Position numbers and translations under genes: made by a program
Assembly (NCBI GenBank): GCA_034180415.1
Contig: JAXFOK010000015.1
Location: forward strand, 2,205-66,204
Source of the DNA: Bdellovibrionota bacterium
GTDB lineage: Bacteria; Bdellovibrionota_C; UBA2361; CAKMMH01
Length of the DNA: 64,000 nucleotides
Direction: 5' to 3'
Shown here: positions 37,116 to 45,410 of the stretch, piece after piece
Numbering within the stretch: position 1 is the stretch's first letter
Layout: every line of letters begins with the position of its first letter
The notes under the pieces: generated by a model
What the model saw: the letters and a program-made list of their open reading frames with translations, nothing else
What the model was told of the DNA's origin: nothing
Database searches by the model: none

Positions 37116-39356
37116 ATGGTTACTAAAAGATTACGATTAGCTGTTTGGTGGGAAAGGCTTGAGATGCCTTTAAAACTAGCACTTTTTGTGCTTGGAGCTT
37201 CGCTTTTAGCATTAGTTATCTATTGGCAAAAACCTCGGTTTGAAATTGAGAATTTTGGAAGTAATTTAACTTTTTTTATCCTTATTAATTTAAATATTGC
37301 ACTTCTTTTTGTTTTTGTTTTTCTAGTAGCAAGAAATATCGTTAAACTTATTTTTGAACGAAAACAAAATATACTAGGTTCAAAGTTAAAAGAAAAATTA
37401 ATTTTTGCATTTGGTGGTTTAACTCTTGTTCCTACAATTATCATTTTTATTCTTTCTAGCACAATGCTTAGTCATTCAATGGAAGAAATTTTTTCGAAAA
37501 ATATTTTGGAAGCTATTACTGGGGCTAATGAACTTGCACAAAATTACTACGGGAGTGTTGAGAAGGATTATGAAAGTTTAGGAAGTGAGATAGAAAAAGA
37601 AATAGGAAAAGAAATTAATAATCTAAATATTAATAATCCTGAAAATAAAAAGGAAATTCTTAAAGGTTATTTTTCTTCAGTAATTCAAGATGAGAATGTG
37701 TTTGATGTAACATTAGTTGATGATAAAGATAATGTTGTAGCCGATTTTACAAAGCAAAATATAAAGAGCAAATATAAACTTAGTCTAGATGGCGAGTCAA
37801 TAAAAGAAATAATTAAAAAACATGTTTCTAGGTCTATTGTAGAGGAAGTCGGTAAAGACCAGGTGATGAGGATTTATTATCCAATAAGAATTAATAATGA
37901 ATATTATGCTCTGGTTTTAACAGGTATTATCGATAAAAGTATGAATGAATCTTTACTTCAAGTAGAAGATGCATATAAAGATTACGAAAATTTATTGTTT
38001 CACAAAAATCCTGTTCGTTCAAGTTATTTGTTGACGCTTGCTATGATGACAATGCTTATTTTATTTGCCGCAATTTGGGTAGCATTTTATATCGCAAAAG
38101 AAATTACTGTACCAATTGAAAAGCTTGCAAATGCAACAAAACAAGTAGCTCATGGTGATTATGATTGCGTTATTAAAACTGTTGGAAGTGATGAGATTTC
38201 TTATTTAAGTCGTTCATTTAATATGATGCTTTCTGATTTAAAGCAATCAAAAAATGAAACCGAACGTCATCGTCTTTTTATGGAAACTGTACTTTCAAAC
38301 CTTGCAGTAGGTGTTATTACTCTTAATAAAGATAGAAAGCTTATTGCTGTAAATACCGCAGCATCTGACATTTTAAATCTAACAGCCGGGGAGCATAATG
38401 GGAGTAAATCATTGTATGATATTTTTGATAAACAAATAGCAGATAAACTTATAAGCTTACTAAATAATTCCTCTTTAATATTAGATGAATTTAGTTCAGG
38501 TATGACAGACACTGAGTTTACTATAAGATCTGAAGGGCGTGAATATCAAATAGTTTGCACAGCCGGCGTTATAGTTGATAGCACGGGAGATACTTTAGGA
38601 AGCGTTCTTATATTTGATGATGTAACGGACTTATCGCATGCACAAAAAATGGCTGCATGGCGAGAAGTCGCAAGAAGAATCGCTCATGAAATAAAAAATC
38701 CATTAACTCCTATTAGGCTATCTGCTCAGCGTATTCAACGAGATGCAAAGCTTAATAATCTTCCGTCGTTATATAATGAGTCAAGTTCAATGATTGTAGA
38801 GCAAGTAGATATCATTAAAAGATTAATTGATGAGTTCTCAAATTTCGCAAGAATGCCGACATCATCTTTTGAAAAAGTAGATATTGTTGCTTTCTTAAAA
38901 GATATTATTCAATCATTTTCTGAAAATAATGAAGATATTGAATTTAATGCTGATATAGAAGAAGATGCATTAGAAACATCTGTAGATATTGGGCAAATGA
39001 GACTTGTCCTCCTTAACTTATTTGAAAATGCAATGCAAGCCTTAAGGAATGCGAAAATAGAAGACCCTAAAATTAATGTTAAACTTTCTTATTTAAAAAA
39101 GATTAAATCTTTTTCAATTGAAATTGCAGATAATGGCCCTGGAATTTCTGATATTGATAAAACAAGAATTTTTGAACCTTATTATACGACAAAAGAAACA
39201 GGAACAGGACTTGGACTTGCAATCGTTACTTCAGTTATTTCTGACCATCGAGGGCGAATTAGAATATTTGACAACAAGCCAAGAGGCGCGAAATTTATTA
39301 TTACACTTCCGCTTTCGCAAGGCGATGCTAGGGCTAAGACTCAACGTTTCAATTAA
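37116..39356 (+). CDS. Membrane sensor histidine kinase (NtrY-like: TM region, HAMP, PAS, HisKA, HATPase_c), no cognate regulator adjacent
   Basis: Multiple N-terminal TM helices. HAMP (...VPIEKLANATKQVAHGDYD...). The PAS-like segment has no strong signature and is inferred from the HAMP–HisKA spacing. H-box RIAHEIKNPLTPI. G-boxes DNGPGISD and GTGLGLAIV. Confidence 0.85.
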   Translation: MVTKRLRLAVWWERLEMPLKLALFVLGASLLALVIYWQKPRFEIENFGSNLTFFILINLNIALLFVFVFLVARNIVKLIFERKQNILGSKLKEKLIFAFGGLTLVPTIIIFILSSTMLSHSMEEIFSKNILEAITGANELAQNYYGSVEKDYESLGSEIEKEIGKEINNLNINNPENKKEILKGYFSSVIQDENVFDVTLVDDKDNVVADFTKQNIKSKYKLSLDGESIKEIIKKHVSRSIVEEVGKDQVMRIYYPIRINNEYYALVLTGIIDKSMNESLLQVEDAYKDYENLLFHKNPVRSSYLLTLAMMTMLILFAAIWVAFYIAKEITVPIEKLANATKQVAHGDYDCVIKTVGSDEISYLSRSFNMMLSDLKQSKNETERHRLFMETVLSNLAVGVITLNKDRKLIAVNTAASDILNLTAGEHNGSKSLYDIFDKQIADKLISLLNNSSLILDEFSSGMTDTEFTIRSEGREYQIVCTAGVIVDSTGDTLGSVLIFDDVTDLSHAQKMAAWREVARRIAHEIKNPLTPIRLSAQRIQRDAKLNNLPSLYNESSSMIVEQVDIIKRLIDEFSNFARMPTSSFEKVDIVAFLKDIIQSFSENNEDIEFNADIEEDALETSVDIGQMRLVLLNLFENAMQALRNAKIEDPKINVKLSYLKKIKSFSIEIADNGPGISDIDKTRIFEPYYTTKETGTGLGLAIVTSVISDHRGRIRIFDNKPRGAKFIITLPLSQGDARAKTQRFN

Positions 39357-39730
39357 AAAATTGGCGATGCATCGCGAAGATTGTTGCGTTATTTGAATGT
39401 AAGTCTTGCTAGCTGTACAAAAGTACAGCGTCGCTTCGAGTTCATTCAAATGCCTTGCACTCTTCGCGCCTCGCCAATTTTTTATAGGCAAAGAGAAGAG
39501 AAAGATTTTGGCGATGCATCGCGAAGATTGCTGCGTTATTTGAATGTAAGTCTTGCTAGCTGTACAAAAGTACAGCGTCGCTTCGAGTTCACTTAAATGC
39601 CTTGCACTCTTCGCGCCTCGCCAATTTTTTATAGGCAAAGAGAAGAGAAAGATTTTAGCGATGCATCGCGAAGATCGCTGGTTATTTGAATTTAACTCTT
39701 GCTAGCTGTACAAAAGTACTGCTACATACC
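39357..39730. repeat. Tandem array of family-A palindromic elements (two full units of about 149 nt plus a truncated third)
   Basis: Each unit is aaaattggcgatgcatcgcgaagattg ... gctgtacaaaagtacagcg ... caaatgccttgcactcttcgcgcctcgccaatttttt, separated by the spacer ggcaaagagaagagaaagatt. The termini are inverted complements. ORFs 39231..39638 and 39381..39596 are repeat artefacts. Confidence 0.8.
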
Positions 39731-39848
39731 TGACCCGTAAGGGTAATGGTACCTGCAGGTCTAAATTTTTGCACAAAATGTGATTTGATTCGAGAAATTA
39801 TGGGATATTTGCGATTTGATTCTGAATCGTAAGAATTTTAAGGAAAAA

Positions 39849-40018
39849 CCCCGTTAGAGGTTTATTAGAGCATGCGTTAGCATGCGGCGCTAGGGCAGAA
39901 TGTAGATGAACGAAGTGAGGCTGCCGGTGTAGACTCGGGAATGTTCGCGTTAGCGACATTCACGAGGATACTCCGGTGTGTGTAATAACCTCATAAATTC
40001 CGCCCACGTAGGGGGCGA
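39849..40018. ncRNA. GC-rich structured intergenic segment: candidate small RNA or decayed element
   Basis: About 50% GC. Hairpins at gcatgcgttagcatgc, gaatgttcgcgttagcgacattc (about 10-bp stem) and cgcccacgtagggggcg. No ORF. Flanked by a family-B module at 40014..40052. Confidence 0.25.
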
Positions 40019-40052
40019 CTAAAACTTTGCATCAGTGTTTCCTTAAAATTAC
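40014..40052. repeat. Family-B module (ggcgactaaaactttgcatcagtgtttcctta)
   Basis: Near-identical to the 3' module of the element at 14798..14870. Confidence 0.55.
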
Positions 40053-40079
40053 TTTTTTGTTCGATGGGGAAAAAATGTT

Positions 40080-40160
40080 CACTTTATTTTCTGGTCTTAG
40101 GGTTCAGATATTAGGGTTTCAGACGTTTCGAATCAGGTTTCGTGTAACAGGTTAAAAGCT
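40080..40160. repeat. Family-C element downstream of the minus-strand HD-domain gene
   Basis: ggtcttagggttcagatattagggtttcagacgtttcgaatcaggtttcgtgtaacaggtt. Repeated GGTTTCAG-type motifs. Confidence 0.45.
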
Positions 40161-40163
40161 TTA

Positions 40164-41006
40164 TTATATCTCAAACCCATCTTTTTTTAATACATCTTTA
40201 ACTATTTCTAGTTTTTTAAAAAGATCGTTTATTTTAACTTCTGTAGCTAGGTTTTGATTTATTGAATTTTCTAAAAATTTGTCTACGTGATTTAATACAA
40301 ATTTTATGAAGCCAATTTTATTACAAATTTTTTTAGAATAATCAAAGTTTAATAATCGTACAAGCGCAAGCTTTACAAATAAATCATTATATGCTGAAGG
40401 TATAAGAATTTTTCCGTTAAAATGTCGCTTGTTAACAATTGCATCAATAATTTCATCAGATATTACAATATTATAATCAATGTCTTTAAAAGTTAAAAAT
40501 CGATTATTTTTTATCATTATTTTCATATTTGATACGATATCAGAATCTTCTGTTGCGTTAAGTCCTAGCTTTAAAAAATTTTTTCTTTCGTCATTTGAAG
40601 ATTTATAAAAAGGTTCATCTTCAATTTTAAATCTGCCATCGTGAAGTTTTATAAAAAGAAGAGTTGCTTCATCATCAAAATTATCACTATTTATTAAAAT
40701 ATTTTTTCCCATATCTCCATGATTTAATTCTTTTTGGATTTCACCATTTTTCATCTGATAAAATCTTCCTACATCGTGAAGCATAGCGCCAATTTTTAAT
40801 CTGATTTTGTCTTCATCGTTAAAATCTTTAAGTTTATTTTCATTTTCTATTAATTCACACATCGCATTAAAAACATCAATGCTATGAGAATACTTAACAT
40901 TATACCATTTAATTTCTTTTTCATTTATAGTAGCTTGAAATTGGTTGTGGAAATGCTTTTCTAAAATTTTATAACTATCAACTATTAAATCATTAGTTAA
41001 ATTCAT
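40164..41006 (-). CDS. HD-domain phosphohydrolase-like protein
   Basis: HD motif ...IGAMLHDVGRFYQ... with an upstream His (HSIDVFNAM). 280 aa. Confidence 0.65.
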   Translation of the reverse strand: MNLTNDLIVDSYKILEKHFHNQFQATINEKEIKWYNVKYSHSIDVFNAMCELIENENKLKDFNDEDKIRLKIGAMLHDVGRFYQMKNGEIQKELNHGDMGKNILINSDNFDDEATLLFIKLHDGRFKIEDEPFYKSSNDERKNFLKLGLNATEDSDIVSNMKIMIKNNRFLTFKDIDYNIVISDEIIDAIVNKRHFNGKILIPSAYNDLFVKLALVRLLNFDYSKKICNKIGFIKFVLNHVDKFLENSINQNLATEVKINDLFKKLEIVKDVLKKDGFEI

Positions 41007-41221
41007 AGATCAAACCTTGCAATAAAAATAATACTACTATTAAAAATAGTTAAAATGAATATGTATAAATGAATATTAGTTTCCTAAAACATTCCACTTG
41101 TTAACTTATCAATCTTTGCCTGGTAATAGGAATCAGATTTTTTATATTCATCAAAGACATCATATAAAGTAACAAATATTTTTGCAATATTACTTCGAAC
41201 GACATGAACGATGATATCACT

Positions 41222-41320
41222 GAAGCTTAAAAAAATAACAAGACGCAAAAAAGGCGAGGCATTTGAGGGGGACCAACCGGAGGCGTGCTTTTGTACGTTG
41301 AGGATTGGTCCTCTTTGGAA
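41222..41320. repeat. Family-E element, truncated copy (5' half)
   Basis: gcttaaaaaaataacaagacgcaaaaaaggcgaggcatttgagggggaccaaccggaggcgtgcttttgtacgttgaggattggtcctc matches 41458.. over about 95 nt. ORFs 41084..41326 and 41448..41642 are repeat artefacts. Confidence 0.7.
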
Positions 41321-41457
41321 AAACAAAAATAAAGTTTTAGGTATTAAATATGGTTGAAGAATATGTTAAAAGTGTATGCTTGATTCCGGAAAAAGGATGA
41401 GGCACCGGCAATGATAGGCATTTTCATAAAAAGCGAGAGAAAGAGGGATGATTTATA

Positions 41458-41600
41458 AGAAGCTTAAAAAAATAACAAGACGCAAAAAAGGCGAGGCATT
41501 TGAGGGGGACCAACCGGAGGCGTACTTTTGTACGTCGAGGATTGGTCCTCCCTCAAATAACGAAGCATTTTTTGATGTATTGTTATTTTTTTTAAGCTTG
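41458..41600. repeat. Family-E palindromic element, complete copy (about 140 nt)
   Basis: Outer inverted repeat gcttaaaaaaataacaa ... ttgttattttttttaagc. Inner inverted repeats gcatttgagggggaccaa ... ttggtcctccctcaaata and ggaggcgtacttttgtacgtcgagg. It abuts the stop of the minus-strand gene 41592..42149. Its aaaaaaggcgaggcatttga module is the reverse complement of the family-A 3' module with the central part deleted. Confidence 0.7.
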
Positions 41601-42149
41601 GATGCGGTCAAGCATAATAGCACATGCCGCACGCACCGATAAGTGATTATAATCCGTAGGCCCTTTAATAGGCTCTAAAAAATAATCTGCTCTTGCTAGC
41701 AATTCGTCACTCATTCCCCAACCAGTCCCAAGCATAAGCATATATGGGGTATTTGGGTCATCATTCATCATTTTCTTCATTTCTTTAAAAGAAATTCTTT
41801 TTCCGCCATCTCTTGCAGAGCTAGCGATAAGTTTTGGAAGGGTACCGTATTGTTCATCAAGGATTGTTATTGCTTCATCAATTTCTCTTACAATGTGTAC
41901 TTTTGTTAAAGCGTCTTTTCTATTTCCGTTATATTTTTCGCCGAAACCTGTCATCCAGTGTGCCTTTAAAGTGCTTGCAAGTTTTCTAAGAGATGGGGAA
42001 GAGTGGCAAACAAAGGTGTTGTTTACGCCATAAGTTCTTGCGCTTCTTGCAATGTCGTGTAAATCAATCATAGTTAAAGATGTGGTCACGATATTTTTTT
42101 GTTTATCGACCATATTATCGTGAAGTAATATTACGTTTAAATTTGCCAT
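41592..42149 (-). CDS. SPOUT-superfamily (SpoU/TrmH-like) RNA 2'-O-methyltransferase, small form
   Basis: Motif-1-like LTMIDLHDIARSARTYGV (cf. xxDPHNxGAIxRTAxAFGV). Motif-2-like YMLMLGTGWGMSDELL. Motif-3-like EPIKGPTDYNHLSVRAACAIMLDRI (cf. IPMxGxxxSLNVSVAAxIxLYE). It sits where rplS normally follows trmD. Confidence 0.5.
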   Translation of the reverse strand: MANLNVILLHDNMVDKQKNIVTTSLTMIDLHDIARSARTYGVNNTFVCHSSPSLRKLASTLKAHWMTGFGEKYNGNRKDALTKVHIVREIDEAITILDEQYGTLPKLIASSARDGGKRISFKEMKKMMNDDPNTPYMLMLGTGWGMSDELLARADYFLEPIKGPTDYNHLSVRAACAIMLDRIQA

Positions 42150-42170
42150 GATTTCCTTAATATAAAAATT

Positions 42171-42884
42171 TTATACTCTACCTAATAATTCAGGTTTTAT
42201 ATTTTTAGTTTTTTCTAGTGCTTTTTCTTTACGCCATTTTTTTATATTTTCATGATGACCTGAAATAAGAACATTAGGAACTTTTAATCCTCTAAATTCC
42301 TCAGGTCTTGTATATTGTGGAGCTTCAAGAAGATTTTCTTGAAAAGATTCTGTAATTACAGACTCGCTATTTCCAATAACATTTGGAATAAGTCTAGTGG
42401 TCGCTTCAATAATAGCCATAGAGGGGATTTCTCCCCCCATTAGAACATAATTTCCGATAGAGATTTCTTCATCAACTGCTAAATCTATAACTCTCTGATC
42501 GACTCCTTCATATCTTCCACATATGAATATTAAATTTTCTTTTTGAGAATATTCTTTTGCTTTTTCTTGAGTAAAAGTTGTTCCTGATGCACTTAGTAAT
42601 ATTACATGCGCATCTTTCATTGTTTCTTTAACTTTTTCTACTGCATAAACAATAGGTTCAGGCTTTAAAAGCATACCAGCTCCGCCTCCGTATGGTTCAT
42701 CATCAACTTTATAGTGTGGAGGAGATGCAAAATCTCTAAAATTAATAACATCAATAGAGAGAATATTATTTTTAATTGCTTTGCTTAAAAGGCTTGTGTT
42801 TAGAAAACTTTGGAATATCTCTGGAAAAATTGTAAGAACAGCAATCTTCATTTTAACTTTGAATAAAACTTTTCCACTTAACAC
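42171..42884 (-). CDS. trmD: tRNA (guanine37-N1)-methyltransferase TrmD
   Basis: MKIAVLTIFPEIF... N-terminus, SPOUT knot region (DDEPYGGGAGMLLKPEP, ...ICGRYEGVDQRVI...), C-terminal tRNA-binding domain. Confidence 0.9.
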   Translation of the reverse strand: MLSGKVLFKVKMKIAVLTIFPEIFQSFLNTSLLSKAIKNNILSIDVINFRDFASPPHYKVDDEPYGGGAGMLLKPEPIVYAVEKVKETMKDAHVILLSASGTTFTQEKAKEYSQKENLIFICGRYEGVDQRVIDLAVDEEISIGNYVLMGGEIPSMAIIEATTRLIPNVIGNSESVITESFQENLLEAPQYTRPEEFRGLKVPNVLISGHHENIKKWRKEKALEKTKNIKPELLGRV

Positions 42885-42961
42885 AACGTGTTAAGTGGAT
42901 ACATGAAGCAATATTTTAAGCTTAGAAAAATTGAGCTAATAAAATTAAATATTAAAAATTC

Positions 42962-43288
42962 TTATGCTCTTTCTTTAGCTCTGTCTTTTCTTGCTCTACG
43001 TGCTTCTTTAATCTTAGCAAGTCTTGCCTCTTCTTTGTCTTCAAAAATATTTGATATATTATTTTTGATTAAAGTTCTAACAAGAGCGCTAGGTTTTGCA
43101 CCATTTTCGATCCAAGATTTTACTCTTTCTTCTTTTAAAACTACTAAAGGAGGATCTTGCATAGGGTTATATGAACCAACAATCTCGATATATTTTCCAT
43201 CTCTTCTAAAACCAGTTTCTGTTGCTACTATTCTATAAAACGGATTTTTTTTCTTTCCATGTCTTGAAAGTCTTAGTGTAACTGCCAC
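42962..43288 (-). CDS. rpsP: 30S ribosomal protein S16
   Basis: (M)AVTLRLSRHGKKKNPFYRIVATETGFRRDGKYIEIVGSYNPM... is canonical S16. The track ORF (to 43336) over-extends. The GTG at 43288, preceded by ggag about 10 nt upstream, gives the proper N-terminus. The basic C-terminal tail (RRARKDRAKERA) is an extension. Confidence 0.85.
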   Translation of the reverse strand: MAVTLRLSRHGKKKNPFYRIVATETGFRRDGKYIEIVGSYNPMQDPPLVVLKEERVKSWIENGAKPSALVRTLIKNNISNIFEDKEEARLAKIKEARRARKDRAKERA

Positions 43289-43513
43289 GTTTTTTTTTCT
43301 CCAAATAAAAATAAAAAATAAAAATTTATTACACACTTAAATGCTATAAGTTAAGAAAACAAATCTTCTTAATTTATGTTAACTAGAGAAGTATAAACTT
43401 AACTTATTGTAAATGAAAGTGTTATCGATAAAAAAATAAAATTTTTTACTAGATGTCCTATAAAATTTTGTTCACAAATTTATCATATTATTGTATAATT
43501 TGCAAATAGTTAG

Positions 43514-43891
43514 GTGGTATTTATTAGATATTTTAAAGAGAATGCTTATATGAAAAATATTAAAATATTCATACTTTTCCTAGTTTTTTTAGTAATTTAT
43601 CCTTTTTTAAGTGTTTTTTGTCAAGATTTAGCGATAGCTTCAGATGATATTAATTTAGATAGCCCTGATGATGTTGTGTTTTGTGCTGCTGTAATGCCAT
43701 GCGATGAGCAAGGGAATGTTCTTAAAGAATATTTAGATAGTGATTGTTTAAGCGTATATCAAGAAAGATGCCTTAGATATAAGTTGAACGATATTTCAGA
43801 GAAAGAATGTAACTGTAATAAGACATTAAAGAAAAAGAATAGAAAAATTAAAAAATTGAAAGCAAAAATAAAATTTTTGCAAAGGAGATAA
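43514..43891 (+). CDS. Small secreted Cys-containing protein with a basic C-terminal tail, unknown function
   Basis: Signal-peptide-like MKNIKIFILFLVFLVIYPFLSVFC (the likely true start is the second Met near 43550). Six Cys. The tail is KKKNRKIKKLKAKIKFLQRR. Confidence 0.4.
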   Translation: MVFIRYFKENAYMKNIKIFILFLVFLVIYPFLSVFCQDLAIASDDINLDSPDDVVFCAAVMPCDEQGNVLKEYLDSDCLSVYQERCLRYKLNDISEKECNCNKTLKKKNRKIKKLKAKIKFLQRR

Positions 43892-43924
43892 CTTTCAATT
43901 TATTTTTGATATTATTATTTAGTA

Positions 43925-44012
43925 ATCATCAAGTCAAAATTACGAGTCAGGTATTAAGGTTTCAAGCGTCAGATAACTGGTTGCAGAATCCTGAATGCTG
44001 ATAGCAGATTGA
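43925..44012. repeat. Family-C element between two convergent genes (43514..43891 + and ffh -)
   Basis: gtcaggtattaaggtttcaagcgtcagataactggttgcagaatcctgaatgctgatagcagattg. Shares tgctgaatgct / agcagatt with 31838..31945. Confidence 0.5.
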
Positions 44013-44026
44013 TGTCACTTATTTTA

Positions 44027-45367
44027 TTAAAACCTAAAATTCCTAAACGACTTCATTAAATTTCCCATACCCATACTATTAATTTTTTTCATCATTTGCT
44101 TCATTTGGGTAAATTGTTTTAAAAGTTGGTTAACATCTTCAATTCTTGTGCCAGAACCTAATGCAATTCTTTGCCTTCTACTACCATTTATAATATCACT
44201 ATTTCGTCTTTCTTTTTTAGTCATAGAAAGAATTATAGCTTCAACTTTTTTCATTTCTTTATTTGCATCATCATCATTTACTTTTTTTGTAAGTTCGCCC
44301 ATGCCAGGAATCATTCCAAGTATTGATGAAAAACTTCCCATCTTCTTTATCATTTTTAATTGAGATAAAAAGTCATCAAATGAAAACTCGTTTTTCTTAA
44401 ATTTTTGTTCTAGTTTTTTACTTTCTTCTAAATCAAAATTTTCTGTTGCCTTTTCAATTAATGTTAAGACATCTCCCATACCTAAAATTCTAGAAGCCAT
44501 TCTATCAGGGTGGAATACTTCAAGTGCATCACCTTTTTCACCAACACCAATAAATTTGATAGGAACTCCTGTAACTTTTTTCATTGAAAGTGCAGCACCG
44601 CCTCTTGCGTCACCATCGAGCTTTGTAAGAATTAAACCAGTAAGAGGTAATGTTTCTAAAAATCCTGTTGCAACATTTACTGCCTCTTGTCCGGTCATTG
44701 CGTCAGCTATAAGTAAAATTTCTTGAGGTGTAAATTTTTTGTTAATTAAAGAAAGCTCTTTCATAAGCTCTTTATCAATTTGAAGTCTTCCTGCAGTATC
44801 AATAATCATCACAGGAATACCCTTGTTTTCAGCTAGCTTTTTAGCTTCTTTTACAATTTTTACAGGATCTTGCTTAGGGTTTGAATCAAAGACTTCAATG
44901 TTATTTTGATTTCCAAGTGTTTTTAACTGCTCAATTGCTGCTGGCCTATAAACATCAGCTGGCACTAAAAGAGATGATTTCTTAAATTCTTTTTTTATAT
45001 ATTTTGCAAGTTTTACAGATGTAGTAGTTTTACCTGAACCTTGAAGGCCAACAAGCATAATAATGGCCGGAGGGGCTGCGTTTAATTTTAAGTCTTCACT
45101 ATTTTCTCCCATTACCTTTGTAAGTTCTTCATTTACTATTTTAATAATTTGTTTATCGGGAGTTAAGCATTTTAAAACATCTTCTCCAAGAGCTTTTTGA
45201 GCCACACTATCACAAAATTCTTTTGCAACTTTAAAGTTAACATCTGCTTCAAGCAGAGCCATTCTTACTTGTCTTAATGCATCATCTAATTCTTTTTTGG
45301 TTATTACGCTTTTTCCTCTAATAAGATTAAAAGCATTTTTCATTTTTGAGTGTAGTGAATCGAACAT
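44027..45367 (-). CDS. ffh: Signal recognition particle protein Ffh
   Basis: N domain. G domain with LVGLQGSGKTTTSVKLAKY, DTAGR and TKLDGDARGGAALS. Met-rich C-terminal M domain (…MKKMGSFSSILGMIPGMG…). 446 aa. Confidence 0.95.
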   Translation of the reverse strand: MFDSLHSKMKNAFNLIRGKSVITKKELDDALRQVRMALLEADVNFKVAKEFCDSVAQKALGEDVLKCLTPDKQIIKIVNEELTKVMGENSEDLKLNAAPPAIIMLVGLQGSGKTTTSVKLAKYIKKEFKKSSLLVPADVYRPAAIEQLKTLGNQNNIEVFDSNPKQDPVKIVKEAKKLAENKGIPVMIIDTAGRLQIDKELMKELSLINKKFTPQEILLIADAMTGQEAVNVATGFLETLPLTGLILTKLDGDARGGAALSMKKVTGVPIKFIGVGEKGDALEVFHPDRMASRILGMGDVLTLIEKATENFDLEESKKLEQKFKKNEFSFDDFLSQLKMIKKMGSFSSILGMIPGMGELTKKVNDDDANKEMKKVEAIILSMTKKERRNSDIINGSRRQRIALGSGTRIEDVNQLLKQFTQMKQMMKKINSMGMGNLMKSFRNFRF

Positions 45368-45410
45368 ATATTTCCTTAAGTTATTATTTTGTAAATTATT
45401 AAATCATATC

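Noticed and set aside
39118-39638. ORFs 39118..39396 (+), 39231..39638 (-) and 39381..39596 (+) with internally repeated peptides
   Set aside because: They overlap the 3' end of the histidine kinase and the tandem repeat array. The repeated peptide segments are translation of the 149-nt DNA repeat.
40120-40140. tttcgaatcagg resembling a tRNA T-loop (GGTTCGAATCC)
   Set aside because: There is no acceptor stem, anticodon arm or 3' CCA context. The string is part of the family-C GGTTTC motif cluster.
41084-41642. ORFs 41084..41326 (-) and 41448..41642 (+)
   Set aside because: Both are dominated by family-E repeat sequence (the same GEAFEGDQPEA-type peptide appears in both). There are no RBS or supporting features.
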